64,000 nt of DNA from NCBI GenBank assembly GCA_030390025.1, contig CM059433.1, forward strand, positions 1 through 64,000, read 5' to 3'. This DNA comes from Squalus acanthias. Lineage: Eukaryota. A program made the position numbers and the translations under genes. Under the pieces are notes generated by a model that was given only the letters and a program-made list of their open reading frames with translations, searched no databases and was not told the origin of the DNA. Shown here in pieces: positions 29,243 through 39,711 of this stretch; positions within the stretch are counted from its first letter, which is position 1, and every line of letters begins with the position of its first letter.

Positions 29243-29847
29243 TGTGGAAGTGTATTTTTAGTTGGATACAAAATGGTTTCTCGGAACACAATATAATGGC
29301 TTCCTAAGACACAGAATATAAAATCTAAAATGGCCTTCACAATGTCTGTTAGAAAGATTAGCCAATTGTTTATAGTTTCAACCTAATGAAGGAATTTCAG
29401 TTTGTAGACTGTTTTAATTGCCCCCAATAAATAATTTAGGATTGTAGATTAAAGAAGTTTACAAGGCTATGGTGTGAAGTACTATCTCCCTTGAATTCTA
29501 GATGGTGTGGTGGGAGAAATCACACGTAACCCTTTGGAGGGATTCCTGCTGTTTTAAATCTTTATGACCTCTAGAAAGACCTTTCATGTACAGTATACAC
29601 AAATATTCTTTTATCTTGTTTTATAGGCACTCTGCTGTCAATTAATGATTTATTACCATGTCATGTGATATAGGAAGCTTGTATTTATTCTGAACTATAA
29701 ATTTCGAGCAGTTTTTGTATTTGCAGAGTGTCATCATTGCCTAGTTTTGACTATGGTTACATTCTCCTTGCAGCAAGTAAAATAATAAAACTTCCTTTGA
29801 CGATACTTATGTTTAAAGAGTCTTACTAGGAAGTCGAAACTTCGACA
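29243..29847 (+). repeat. ERV 5' LTR (605 bp)
   Basis: Starts TGTGGAAGT, ends ACTTCGACA (imperfect inverted termini); TATAAA 29696-29701; AATAAA 29784-29789; direct repeat of 39712-40313. Confidence 0.97.
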
Positions 29848-29855
29848 GTATTACT

Positions 29856-29873
29856 TGGAGTTTCCACCGAGAT
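29856..29873 (+). promoter_or_regulatory. Primer binding site, tRNA-Gln type
   Basis: TGGAGTTTCCACCGAGAT; 17/18 match to the complement of the vertebrate tRNA-Gln 3' end (TGGAGGTTCCACCGAGAT, recalled from knowledge). Confidence 0.88.
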
Positions 29874-29889
29874 CGCTTGCTACCTTTCG

Positions 29890-29895
29890 GTAAGT
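29890..29895 (+). promoter_or_regulatory. Putative major splice donor for env mRNA
   Basis: G|GTAAGT consensus just downstream of the PBS, the typical retroviral position. Confidence 0.6.
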
Positions 29896-30586
29896 CACGG
29901 ACAAAGGACACCACAAATTTCTAGTGACAAATCCTGAATGGCCACAGTGATGTTTTATCACATAAAAAGGATTTCTCATTAGATACTAAATTGGTGCAGT
30001 CTGTTTCTTCCGACAGTGACACAGCGATCTGTAGGACTCGAGTTTTGGATTTGAGTTGAATCCTGTAACTTTTGCTTCTTTTATTTCTAATGTTAAGAGG
30101 AGGGGGAGGATTCTGACGGCTCAAGTTTCAAAACTATCAGGCAGAGGAGGTAAAAAAAAGTCGGCAGGGTTGTGTCCCCGACTGAAAGGTACCAGGTTGT
30201 GAGAAAGCGCTAAAAGATTAAAACTGCAGTATCAAGGGTGGGTCCCTTGAGCCGGAGAAAAGAGTCTCGCGGCAGAAAGGTTTAGATAAGAAACCTTCAT
30301 ATATAGAGTATAAGTTAAATGTTAAGGACCCAGTTTGTAGTGGCGAACAACGCAAACTGGGAATTGACTATTTGTTTAGCTTAAAGTATAAGGTTAAATG
30401 TTTGATTACTTGATTTGTTTGCCTGTTTGGGCTTTTGCGTTACTTATCATTGTCTTTATTGTTGTTAATTCTTGTTATTGTTTGTCACTTGTGGAGCTCC
30501 GAAGGGTTAATAATAATTGTAAAGGGGTAAAGGGTGAAATTTGCAATTCAGAAGACGAGTGCCTAGTATAACTAAACTTTACTAAG

Positions 30587-31492
30587 ATGGGAGCTTCACA
30601 GAGCAAGATCCCAGAAAAAGGAACTCCAGCCTTTTACATCTTCCAGAACTGTGGTTGGATGTCCACAAGGGATTTGCCTGATTGGTCTAAATGGACCAAG
30701 AATGGCAGACACCCGTTCCCCATTGACGGAACCTTTAACGTGGATAGAATTACATGTCTGGAGGACTGTCTCACAAATAGAGACCCACAAAGAAAAGGTA
30801 AAAAGTCAGTAAATTGGTCAGCCTTTTCAGACTGGAAAAAGGAAGCAGAAAGGCGTAAGGACCGTAGTATACAAGCCAGTAGATCTGAAATTAAAAATAA
30901 GAGAACAGAGCAAGAGCCCAGTGGTAAATTGGCTAAACAAGATGAAGTTAGACAAATTCCTTTAATCAATGCCCTTGTAAATGGTCTCAGAGCAGAACTT
31001 AAAGAACCATTGACTCTAGTCTGCTTAGATTGGAGACATAAAACAACTCCTGAGCTAACACAAATTCTAAAAGGAATTCAGGAGAGAAATAGAGACCAAA
31101 AGAACAAGGTTTCCCTCTTAATGGAACAAGCAGCTTTTGCAGCCCCGACTGCCCAGACAACCATTTATTATCAGGGTCAATACAGAGGACAAGGCAGAGG
31201 GAATAATAGAGGTAGATTTAGAGGAAGAGGTAGAGGAGGGACAGGCAGAGGCCAGTGGAACGGAGGAGGTGCAAACTCTCCATGTTTTAACTGTGGTCAG
31301 ATCGGACACTGGAAGGCTAACTGCCCGTTCCCCAAGTAGCAAAGTCAAGGCTGGGGAGGTGCACCAAACGATGTAGATACCCAAGCCCAGGTTTACACTC
31401 GTCCGCAGGCAGGTTTTACAACAGGGAACCCTTGGGGAGGTCAAAATATGGAAGGACAATTTGGATCCCCATGGCAAAATTATTCAAAATGA
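30587..31492 (+). pseudogene. gag: ERV gag, internally deleted; in-frame TAG at 31337-31339, terminal TGA at 31490-31492
   Basis: MGASQSK myristoylation-type start, CA C-terminal-like helix (LINALVNGLRAELK), RG-rich tract, one CFNCGQIGHWKANC zinc knuckle; only ~300 codons and no recognisable major homology region. Confidence 0.9.
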
Positions 31493-31726
31493 CGCAGAGA
31501 AACAGCCCCGAATGTTACCCACATTCTTCAGTTACCTTCAGTATCAGTAAATTCTAAAGATGAGCCATACTTATCCATAAAAATGCAGGGCAAGAAAGTT
31601 CCTTTTCTTGTTGACACAGGAGCCACAAGCTCACTAATAACAAAGCAATATGCTAGAGGAGCCCCATGTACAGAAAAGAATGTCACATGTGTAGGACTCT
31701 CCGGCGTCTCACAGACTATGACGTGG
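31493..31726 (+). pseudogene. pro: ERV protease, N-terminal half (in frame with gag), interrupted by an insertion
   Basis: Translates ...KKVPFLVDTGATSS...VGLSGVSQTMTW; continues in frame at 33401 (SQPLAIQ...PMNLLGRDLL) once the insertion is removed. Confidence 0.92.
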
Positions 31727-33396
31727 TGTAGAATTCGCAATATATCGCGATTTTATAAATAAGGAGAAAACACATAGTTTCGTTCAAACAGCTTTATTTC
31801 AGCAGAATGCTGTCAGGTTTTCAAAGTGGACACAAGCAGCCTGTAAAATGGCCGCCACGCCTCGTGGCAGAACATTCTAGACTTTTCGATAAGCAGACAA
31901 GATGGTGTTCCAATAAACATTTGTGCAAGATCGATCAAGACTAAGCACATTTGAGATAATACACAAGACATCATGGGTTTGCAGTATACACATAAATACT
32001 GAAATCGGTCTCCCAGGTGCGAATAAGGGCTATTGTACCAAGCAATCAAAACCCATCCAAAGACATTAATATGCAAAATCCCCACGACTCTACGATGAGA
32101 GAGCCGTTAGCGGGTAGTACAGAGAACATTTGGAAGCCCCAAAACCCCTCCAGGGAGAATACTAGCCGGTTACACAATAGGAAAAGTATTAACAGGTACT
32201 CAGACAGTTACGAGTATCCCCGAAACCCATTAAAACGGAGATCACCCTATACAAGAAATTTGAGCGCCAAACCCTAAACAAAAGAAAAAGACATTAAGGT
32301 TGGGCGGGAAAAGAAGAGTTTTGCACTATAACTGCAAGTTACAACCATCCATCTTTCTCTTATTCTCCTGCCTCTTGCCGCTTGCCTCGTGTCTCTGCCT
32401 CTTGCAGCTTTTAAAGACTGTTGAACTTTACGATCCGCCAGGATCTGCCTCGTGGCTTGCCGCGAAGATCTGTGTGGAACTGGGCTGTGAAGCCTTGAAA
32501 CGGGCACACCATCCCGAGAAGTCGGTAAACGGTGTTGGAACCGAAGGCCCGAGATGAGATGAGATGAGATGAGATGAGATGAGATGAGAAGAGAAGAAGA
32601 CCATACGTATCGCCACGGTCAGTAAGCTCCGACCGCGCCTGTAGGTCGAATAGACACTTTTCCTTGCCCAGGAAGACCATCTTTGAGTTCTACAGAACTG
32701 GCAGGAAGACTATTCTTCGAATTTTATCGCATCAGTGCGAGGGCACAGGAAGACTCTTCTTTGAGTAGTATCGGAACTCCGAGGACAACACAGATCTTCA
32801 TGACAGCAGACGGTCCAGCCTGCTAGCCGGAGCAGAAACGAGTAAACAAGTGGGGTACAGAGACCCCTGACCAACACGTGGGTGATCAGGTGCTGCGGTG
32901 GAAAACATCCGATCAGAGTTTCGGAATTCTCCGAGTTATCACGAGTGGTGAGCATGAGTCTCGATCCTACAAGTCTAGTTTAGAGCAGGTATTGATAGGG
33001 GAGGGTTTAAGTTTTAAGGATAACTGTAATGTGTGCCCCCATTTATGATGTGTCGTTCGTTCCTCGTTTCCCTGAAATTAGTTACATAACTGCGTGTAAG
33101 ATTGTACTGTCATTAATCTGTGCTTATGACATGTATTTCGTAATCTTGAATAATATGCAATAAAGATTTTCCATTTCGTACCATTCAACCGGGTCTACCT
33201 GAGTTTTCTCTCCATTACTGCTCTCGCATCTAAGTCCAGTGTCAGAACCGTAAGGGCGAGTGGGTCGAACCACTCACAGGTGTCTAGTGCTCCCAGACTG
33301 GCTGGAGACCAGAACAGGCCACAAGGCCTAAACTCGCACTAGCATCCAGGCTGAGCACAGAGCCACACGAATCTCACAGGTTCAGAAACCCTTACA
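31727..33396 (-). mobile_element. Solo-LTR-type insertion in the protease; outer LTR ~407 bp (31727-32017 plus 33281-33396), probably antisense
   Basis: TGTA...TACA termini, 4-bp TSD GTGG (31723-31726 / 33397-33400); minus-strand AATAAA at 31793-31798, ~66 bp from its 3' end; excision restores the protease frame. Confidence 0.88.
32018..33276 (+). mobile_element. Probable second, long (1259 bp) solo LTR nested inside the first
   Basis: TG...CA with 4-bp TSD CAGG (32014-32017 / 33277-33280); AATAAA 33159-33164; terminal hairpin GAGTGG-N6-CCACTC 33258-33275; CpG-rich; (GAGAT)7 at 32551-32585. Confidence 0.65.
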
Positions 33397-33400
33397 GTGG

Positions 33401-36400
33401 TCACAACCATTAGCAATACAAACAGACAATTTTTCTGGTCAGCACGTCTTTCTCCTATCAGACGACGCCCCTATGAACCTTTTAGGAAGAGATTTGCTAT
33501 GCAAAATGCAAGCAACAATAATATGTTCCGAAAAAGGACTACAGGTGTACATCCCTACTGATAGATGCACTATGTGTCCTTTACAAGAATGCTCCCCTCC
33601 AGTTATTTCACGGGAAACGGAGCAACTGCTGGATCAAATTCCGCCACAAGTATGGTCTAGCCATTCAAACGAGGTTGGCAAAATGCTAACTGCTCAGCCA
33701 TACAAAGTTACGTTAAGACCATCCGTCCGATTGCCCCGTAGACCTCAGTACCCGCTTTCAACAGCAGCCGAACAAGGAATTCAGCCTGTCATTAACTCTT
33801 TGTTACAGCAAGGAATAATCATTCCAACCCAGAGCCCATGCAACACTCCAATTTTGCCAGTTGAAAAGAAGGAAAGTGGGAAATGGAGACTAGTGCAAGA
33901 TCTCAGAGCAGTTAACGAATCAGTACTACCAGTTAATCCAGTTGTGCCAAATCCTGCTACCATTCTAACTAGTATTCCCTCGGGATCAAAGTATTACACT
34001 GTCATCGATTTATGTTCAGCTTTCTTCAGTATCCCTATCCACCAAGATTCACAGTTCCTATTCGCTTTCACATTTAAAGGGACACAGTTCACTTGGACAA
34101 GACTTCCACAAGGTTACACAGAGAGTCCCACAATCTTTTCTCAAAGCCTTAAACGTGATTTAGAGGATATTCTCTTCACTGGAGGGTCTACACTTATCCA
34201 ATATGTCGATGATTTGCTGATAGCTTCGCCTGATAAACAGTCATGTCAAACTGACTCGCTTATTATGCTTCATGCCTTAGCAGTAAAGGGACATAAAGTA
34301 TCACGTTCCAAGATGCAGTTCGTGTCAGAGAAAGTACAGTATTTGGGACATGAACTCCGTGGTGATAGCCGCTGTCTGTCGCAGGGGAGAATCAGAGCAA
34401 TTTGTGAAGCACCGTTACCTACTACTAAACAGCAATTAAAACATTTTCTTGGCATGTCAGGATACTGTAGACAATGGATCATGGGGTATTCAGACCTGGT
34501 GCGCCCATTGCTTGATATCTCCATGCCCATGGAGGAAGACCCTCTTGCTTGGAATCAGAAGGCAACGGACGCCTTTGAGAATGTCAAGCAAGCCCTTATA
34601 TTGGCTCCAGCATTAGGGCTGCCAGACTATCAGAAGCAGTTCAATCTTTTTGTCCATCATAAATTGGGCTTTGCTCAATCCGTTTTGACTCAAACCCATG
34701 GTGATAAACAAAGACCTTTAGCCTATTTCAGTACTCAATTAGATCCTGTTGCACGCGGCCTGCCTGGATGCCTGCCAATTCTAGCCGCCGCCTATTATGC
34801 TGTACAACAGGCTCAAAGTATCACGCTCAATCACCGGACTATTTTATTTGTGCCACATTCAGTCGAAGTACTGTTGACAAAATGCGCCACTCAACATCTG
34901 ACATCAGCTCGCAGCAGTAAATATGAGGTTGAATTATTGTCCAACCCTAATCTCCTAATTCAAAGATGTTCGGTTTTGAATCCAGCCACACTGCTGCCCA
35001 CGGAAGAAGATGGAATCCCACATTGCTGCGAGACGGTCACCCAATTGGTGACCAAGCCTCGAATAGATCTATCTGAAACTCCTATTTCTAATAGTGACTT
35101 AATATACTACGTAGACGGGTCAGCTCTTAGGGATGACAGGGGATCACCTAGGGCTGGATATGCCATATCAGATGATCATTCAGTTGTAGAAGCTCTCTCA
35201 TTACCTCAATCTTTTTCAGCACAACAAGCAGAACTTTTCGCTCTTACAAGGGCTTGTATACTGGCTACTGATAAATCTGTTAACATTTATACCGACTCCC
35301 GGTACGCTTTTGGGGTTGCCCATGATTACGGACAGATCTGGAAACTAAGGGGATTTCTAACTTCTTCAGGATCGACTATTAAAAATGCCGAACAAATTGA
35401 CAATCTTTTAAAGGCTCTATTGTGTCCCGCTAGAATTTCAGTTATCAAATGTCAGGCTCATACAGGCAGTCAGGATCAAATAGCACTGGGTAACGAACGG
35501 TCAGATAGAGCTGCCAAATCAGCCGCTCTGTCTGATCCAGGGCCACAAGTTTCAGCCTTTGTTTTGCGTCAACCAAAATTGGACAATGACCCGCCTTCTA
35601 TTAATGATGTTTTAGCCTTTCAGTCACAGGCTAACTCGGACGAAGTGTTAAGTTGGGCAAGGGATTCTTGTTTTAAAACGCCTGAAGGGATATGGGTTCA
35701 CCATGACGGCCGCATGGTGGCTCCGAAATCTTTACTCCCGTGGATTGCCCGCTGCGTTCATGTTTTCACGCATGCGGGCAAAGGGGGGATGGCAGACTAT
35801 ATTAATCAAACACGGTATGCACCAGGTATTTCGGCAATTGCAAAACAAATCAGTGAAAGGTGCACCATTTGCCAGGAAATGAATCCAGGCAAGACAGAGA
35901 AAGTACAGTCTGCCTCCCACCCAAATCCATCAGGCCCTTTTGTAAATTTGCAAATGGATTTTATTGAATTACCTGTATGTTTAGGATTCAAATACGTGTT
36001 AGTAATTATAGATATGTTTTCAAGATGGATTGAAGCCTTTCCATGTAAAACAAATGATGCTGTAACAGTTGCAAAGTGTTTGCTAAAAGAAATCATACCA
36101 AGGTTTGGAATACCTATGCAGCTTTCATGCGACAATGGATCGCACTTTACTGGAGTGATCGTAAAGGAACTATGTAAAGCTTTGCAGATTAATCAGCATT
36201 TTCACTGCAGTTATCATCCACAGTCCGCGGGACTGGTAGAAAGATATCACGGAGTACTGAAGAATAAACTTTCTAAACTTTGCAATGAAACCGGACTTAA
36301 ATGGGTCGAACTATTACCCTTAGCATTAATGATAATGCGAGCAGCAACTAACAGGATAACTGGACTGTCGCCACATGAGATTGTTATGGGACGACCCCAA

Positions 36401-36739
36401 AGACTGCCATTCTCAGCACCCTTTACGGTCAAACAAATGGACATTCATAAAATGGATGAAAATATGCTAAACTATTGCATTGCATTAACTAGATGTATTT
36501 CTAGCTTTCACCGACAGGTAAAGGAAGCTCAAACGGAACCAGCAGAAGGAAAGTGCCATAACTTGGAACCAGGAGACGACGTTTATGTAAAAGTCTTCAA
36601 AAGAAAGAACGGTCTGCAGCCACGCTTTGAAGGGCCATATCAAGTACTCTTGGCAACAAATACAGCTGTAAAGGTCAAGGAAAGACCTACCTGGATCCAC
36701 GCATCCCACTGCAAGAAAGCACCGAACAAGGACAATTGA
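33401..36739 (+). CDS. pol: ERV pro C-terminus plus pol (RT, RNase H, integrase), uninterrupted reading frame
   Basis: 1088-aa ORF from 33473: NLLGRD, WRLVQDLR, LPQG, YVDD, RNase H YVDGS/AELFAL/YTDSRY, IN HxxxH..CxxC, D-D-E (MDFIE, CDNGSHF, LVERY), GPYQV. Confidence 0.96.
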   Translation, partial: SQPLAIQTDNFSGQHVFLLSDDAPMNLLGRDLLCKMQATIICSEKGLQVYIPTDRCTMCPLQECSPPVISRETEQLLDQIPPQVWSSHSNEVGKMLTAQPYKVTLRPSVRLPRRPQYPLSTAAEQGIQPVINSLLQQGIIIPTQSPCNTPILPVEKKESGKWRLVQDLRAVNESVLPVNPVVPNPATILTSIPSGSKYYTVIDLCSAFFSIPIHQDSQFLFAFTFKGTQFTWTRLPQGYTESPTIFSQSLKRDLEDILFTGGSTLIQYVDDLLIASPDKQSCQTDSLIMLHALAVKGHKVSRSKMQFVSEKVQYLGHELRGDSRCLSQGRIRAICEAPLPTTKQQLKHFLGMSGYCRQWIMGYSDLVRPLLDISMPMEEDPLAWNQKATDAFENVKQALILAPALGLPDYQKQFNLFVHHKLGFAQSVLTQTHGDKQRPLAYFSTQLDPVARGLPGCLPILAAAYYAVQQAQSITLNHRTILFVPHSVEVLLTKCATQHLTSARSSKYEVELLSNPNLLIQRCSVLNPATLLPTEEDGIPHCCETVTQLVTKPRIDLSETPISNSDLIYYVDGSALRDDRGSPRAGYAISDDHSVVEALSLPQSFSAQQAELFALTRACILATDKSVNIYTDSRYAFGVAHDYGQIWKLRGFLTSSGSTIKNAEQIDNLLKALLCPARISVIKCQAHTGSQDQIALGNERSDRAAKSAALSDPGPQVSAFVLRQPKLDNDPPSINDVLAFQSQANSDEVLSWARDSCFKTPEGIWVHHDGRMVAPKSLLPWIARCVHVFTHAGKGGMADYINQTRYAPGISAIAKQISERCTICQEMNPGKTEKVQSASHPNPSGPFVNLQMDFIELPVCLGFKYVLVIIDMFSRWIEAFPCKTNDAVTVAKCLLKEIIPRFGIPMQLSCDNGSHFTGVIVKELCKALQINQHFHCSYHPQSAGLVERYHGVLKNKLSKLCNETGLKWVELLPLALMIMRAATNRITGLSPHEIVMGRPQRLPFSAPFTVKQMDIHKMDENMLNYCIALTRCISSFHRQVKEAQTEPAEGKCHNLEPGDDVYVKVFKRKNGLQPRFEGPYQVLLATNTAVKVKERPTWIHASHCKKAPNKDN

Positions 36740-36758
36740 ATCTTAAAGGACTTAAACA

Positions 36759-39592
36759 ATGAAGCTGTTACTTATACTTTGCATATCAATCGGACTAATA
36801 CGCATGACGTGCCAAAGAGGTGGGGAAGGATCCCGAAAGAAATGAGAATTACATGTTAACACTTTCTTGTATATGACTTATGAACATGCTAAAACTAGTG
36901 ACAGAACTAGTTGTTGGGTCTGTGCCCATATACCTACTCACACAAAGGGGGGAATCCCTCTAAGATCAATTCCCTTTAATACTTCCGAAACAGCAGAATG
37001 GGTAATAAGGCGAAACAGTTCAAGGGACCCGGATAAGACCTCGGATGTAACACAGTGGAGATCAGCAGGGTATAACCTAACCACCTTTCAGGGGTGGTAT
37101 CAGCCCAATTATAATCATACTCGAACACCCCCGTTTCTTGTATTAACCAATACCTCAGGAGCTGGTAGGCCACAGGGGGCATTATGTTTTAAAAAGCAGG
37201 CTGAAGTAAGCAGGATGCAGGATGAAAAGGAAGTCGGAGAGAGCTCTTGTAATCAAACAGTCGTGTGGCAACCACCAATTCCTGGCCTGTTTGACCAGGG
37301 ATTTTTTCAGTTTGACTGGACTAAGGTAAATAATAAAACCAGCAGGTCCCCCTGGACCAGCGACCCTATCCGAATATGGATGGGAGGAGAGGGTAATCTG
37401 ACAGCCTATAACTGTACCTATTTTATATGCGGGAACAAGGCTTATAGAACATAGAACAGTACAGCACAGTACAGGCCCTTCGGCCCTCGATGTTGTGCCG
37501 AGCATTGTCCGAGACCAAGATCAAGCTATCACACTCCCTATCACTCTGGTGTGCTCCATGTGCTTATCCAATAACCGCTTGAAAGTTCCTAAAGTGTCCG
37601 ACTCCACTATCACAGCAGGCAGTCCATTCCACACCCCAACCACTCTCTGAGTAAAGAATCTACCTCGGACATCCCTTCTATATCTCCCCCCATGCACCTT
37701 ATAGTTATGCCCCCTTGTAACAGCTGCCTCTACCTGAGGAAATAGTCTCTGAACATCCACTCTATCTATCCCCCTCATCATCTTATAAACCTCTATTAAG
37801 TCGCCTCTCATCCTCCTCCTCTCTAAAGAGAAAAGCCCCAACTCCCTCAATCTTTCCTCATAAGACCTCCCCCCCAAACCAGGCAGCATCCTGGTAAATC
37901 TCCTTTGCACTCTTTCCAATGCTTCCACGTCCTTCCTATAGTGAGGTGACCAGAACTGCACACAATATTCCAAATGTGGTCTCACCAAGGTCCTGTACAG
38001 TTGCAGCATAACCTCACGGTTCTTAAACTCAAACCCTCTGTTAATAAACGCCAACACACCATAGGCCTTCTTTACTGCTCTATCCACTTGAGTGGCAACC
38101 TTCAGAGATCTGTGGATATGAACCCCCAGATCCCTCTGCTCCTCCACGTTCCTCAGAACCCTGCCGTTGACCCTGTAATCCTTATTCAAATTTGCCCTAC
38201 CAAAATGAATCACCTCGCACTTATCAGGGTTAAATTCCATCTGCCATTTTTCGGCCCAGCTCTGCATCCTATCAATGTCTCTTTGCAGCCTACAACTGCC
38301 CTCCACCTCATCCACTACTCCACCAATCTTGGTGTCATCAGCAAATTTACTGATCCACCCTTCAGTCCCCTCCTCCAAGTCATTGATAAAAATCACAAAC
38401 TGCAGAGGACCCAGCACCGACCCCTGTGGCACACCGCTGGTAACTGGTCTCCAGTCCGAAAATGTTCCATCCACCACCACCCTCTGCCTTCTATGAGATA
38501 GCCAGTTACTTATCCAATCGGCCAAATTTCCCTCTATCCCACAACTCCTTACTTTCTTCATGAGCCGACCATGGGGAACCTTATCAAACGCCTTACTAAA
38601 ATCCATGTATACGACATCAACTGCTCTACCTTCATCTACACACTTAGTTACCTCCTCAAAGAATTCAATCAAATTTGTTAGGCAAGACTTACCCTTCACA
38701 AATCCGTGTTGACTATCCCTGATTAAGTTGCCCCTTTCCAAATGGTCATAAATCCTATCCCTCAGGACCTTTTCCATTATCTTACCAACCACCGAAGTAA
38801 GACTAACCGGCCTATAATTACCAGGGTCATTCCTATTTCCTTTCTTGAAGAGAGGAACAACATTCGCCACTCTCCAGTCCTCTGGCACCATTCCCGTGGA
38901 CAGTGAGGACCCAAAGATCAAAGCCAGAGGCTCTGCAATCTCCTCCCTTGCCTCCCAAAGAATCCTAGGATATATCCCATCTGGCCCAGGGGACTTATCG
39001 ACCCTCAGGTTCTTCAAAATTGCTAAAACATCTTCCCTCAGAACATCTACCACCTCCAGCTTACCCATGGTTGCCACATAACTGGATAGGATCCTGCTAT
39101 TTAGGTTATGTGGTACCTTATATCCATATTTTAGATGAGATAGGAAAACATTATGAATTCCAAAGAACTAAAAGAGAGGTAGAAACTTATGAAAGAGTCT
39201 TTGGAGTATTAATAGCCCCATACGGAGTAGGGAAGTTAATGGGAGAAGTAACCGAGCTAGCGGACCTGATAGAAAAAGTAGCAAATGAAACTGAGGAAGG
39301 ATTGTCCGAAATGAGTGCGGAAATGGTAGCTATGAGAGTAATGACATTACAGAATCGAATGGCATTAGATTATCTGTTGGCAGATAACGGAGGAACTTGT
39401 GCTTTGATAATAGTAGTAGCAGTAATTGTATGTATCAGTCTGTTTGTCAAAATGGCCAAGTGTTGTTGTGATAGGCTAGGTAAGGTAGTTTTACCCGAAG
39501 GAAGTATGATGGTGCAGAGGGAACTAAATGAAGAAGAAAAGGACGACCCTCTAGGAGAAGAACTAAGGCGATTGAATAAGATAAATGTTTAA
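36759..39592 (+). pseudogene. env: ERV env (gamma-type), disrupted by a stop, a CR1 insertion and a TM deletion
   Basis: Signal peptide MKLLLILCISIGLI; TGA at 36843-36845; SU CWVC motif; CGNKAY|PWLPHNWIGSCYLG rejoined across the CR1; furin site RTKR; ISD LQNRMALDYLLA; hydrophobic TM; stop at 39590-39592. Confidence 0.93.
37445..39058 (-). mobile_element. 5'-truncated CR1 LINE (ORF2 RT) inserted in env
   Basis: Open RT frame (YRPVSLTS, QHGF, GVPQGSVLGP, FADD, EQRDLGV); (CATAGAA)n tail; GCTTA duplicated at 37440-37444 / 39059-39063. Confidence 0.96.
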
Positions 39593-39698
39593 GGACTAGA
39601 TGGCCAAGATGATGCCGGTCACAGTGGGTTCGGGGACCGAGAAGAAGGATAAGGGACTGAAAGGGTCAATTTCAGCTAGATATTGTCCTAGTAAGGAC

Positions 39699-39711
39699 AA
39701 AAAGGGGGGAA
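39699..39711 (+). promoter_or_regulatory. Polypurine tract
   Basis: AAAAAGGGGGGAA immediately before the 3' LTR. Confidence 0.93.

Noticed and set aside
89..29340. Giant repetitive ORFs (up to 8181 aa) on both strands, including two starting in the LTR antisense strand
   Set aside because: A by-product of a 24-bp (multiple of 3) monomer with no stop in five of six frames; single-base indels shift freely between frames, so no reading frame is conserved.
29921..30124. Possible accessory ORF in the ERV leader (cf. WDSV orfC)
   Set aside because: Short and antisense with no recognisable motif; no substantial sense ORF in the leader or between env and the 3' LTR.
37974..38501. 175-aa plus-strand ORF (also 60275-60802, 52050-52478, 63153-63635)
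   Set aside because: Antisense shadows of CR1 ORF2.
39020..39592. Stand-alone 190-aa membrane protein or domesticated syncytin-like env
   Set aside because: It is the 3' half of the proviral env with a start borrowed from CR1 sequence; upstream stop, LINE insertion and missing CX6CC.
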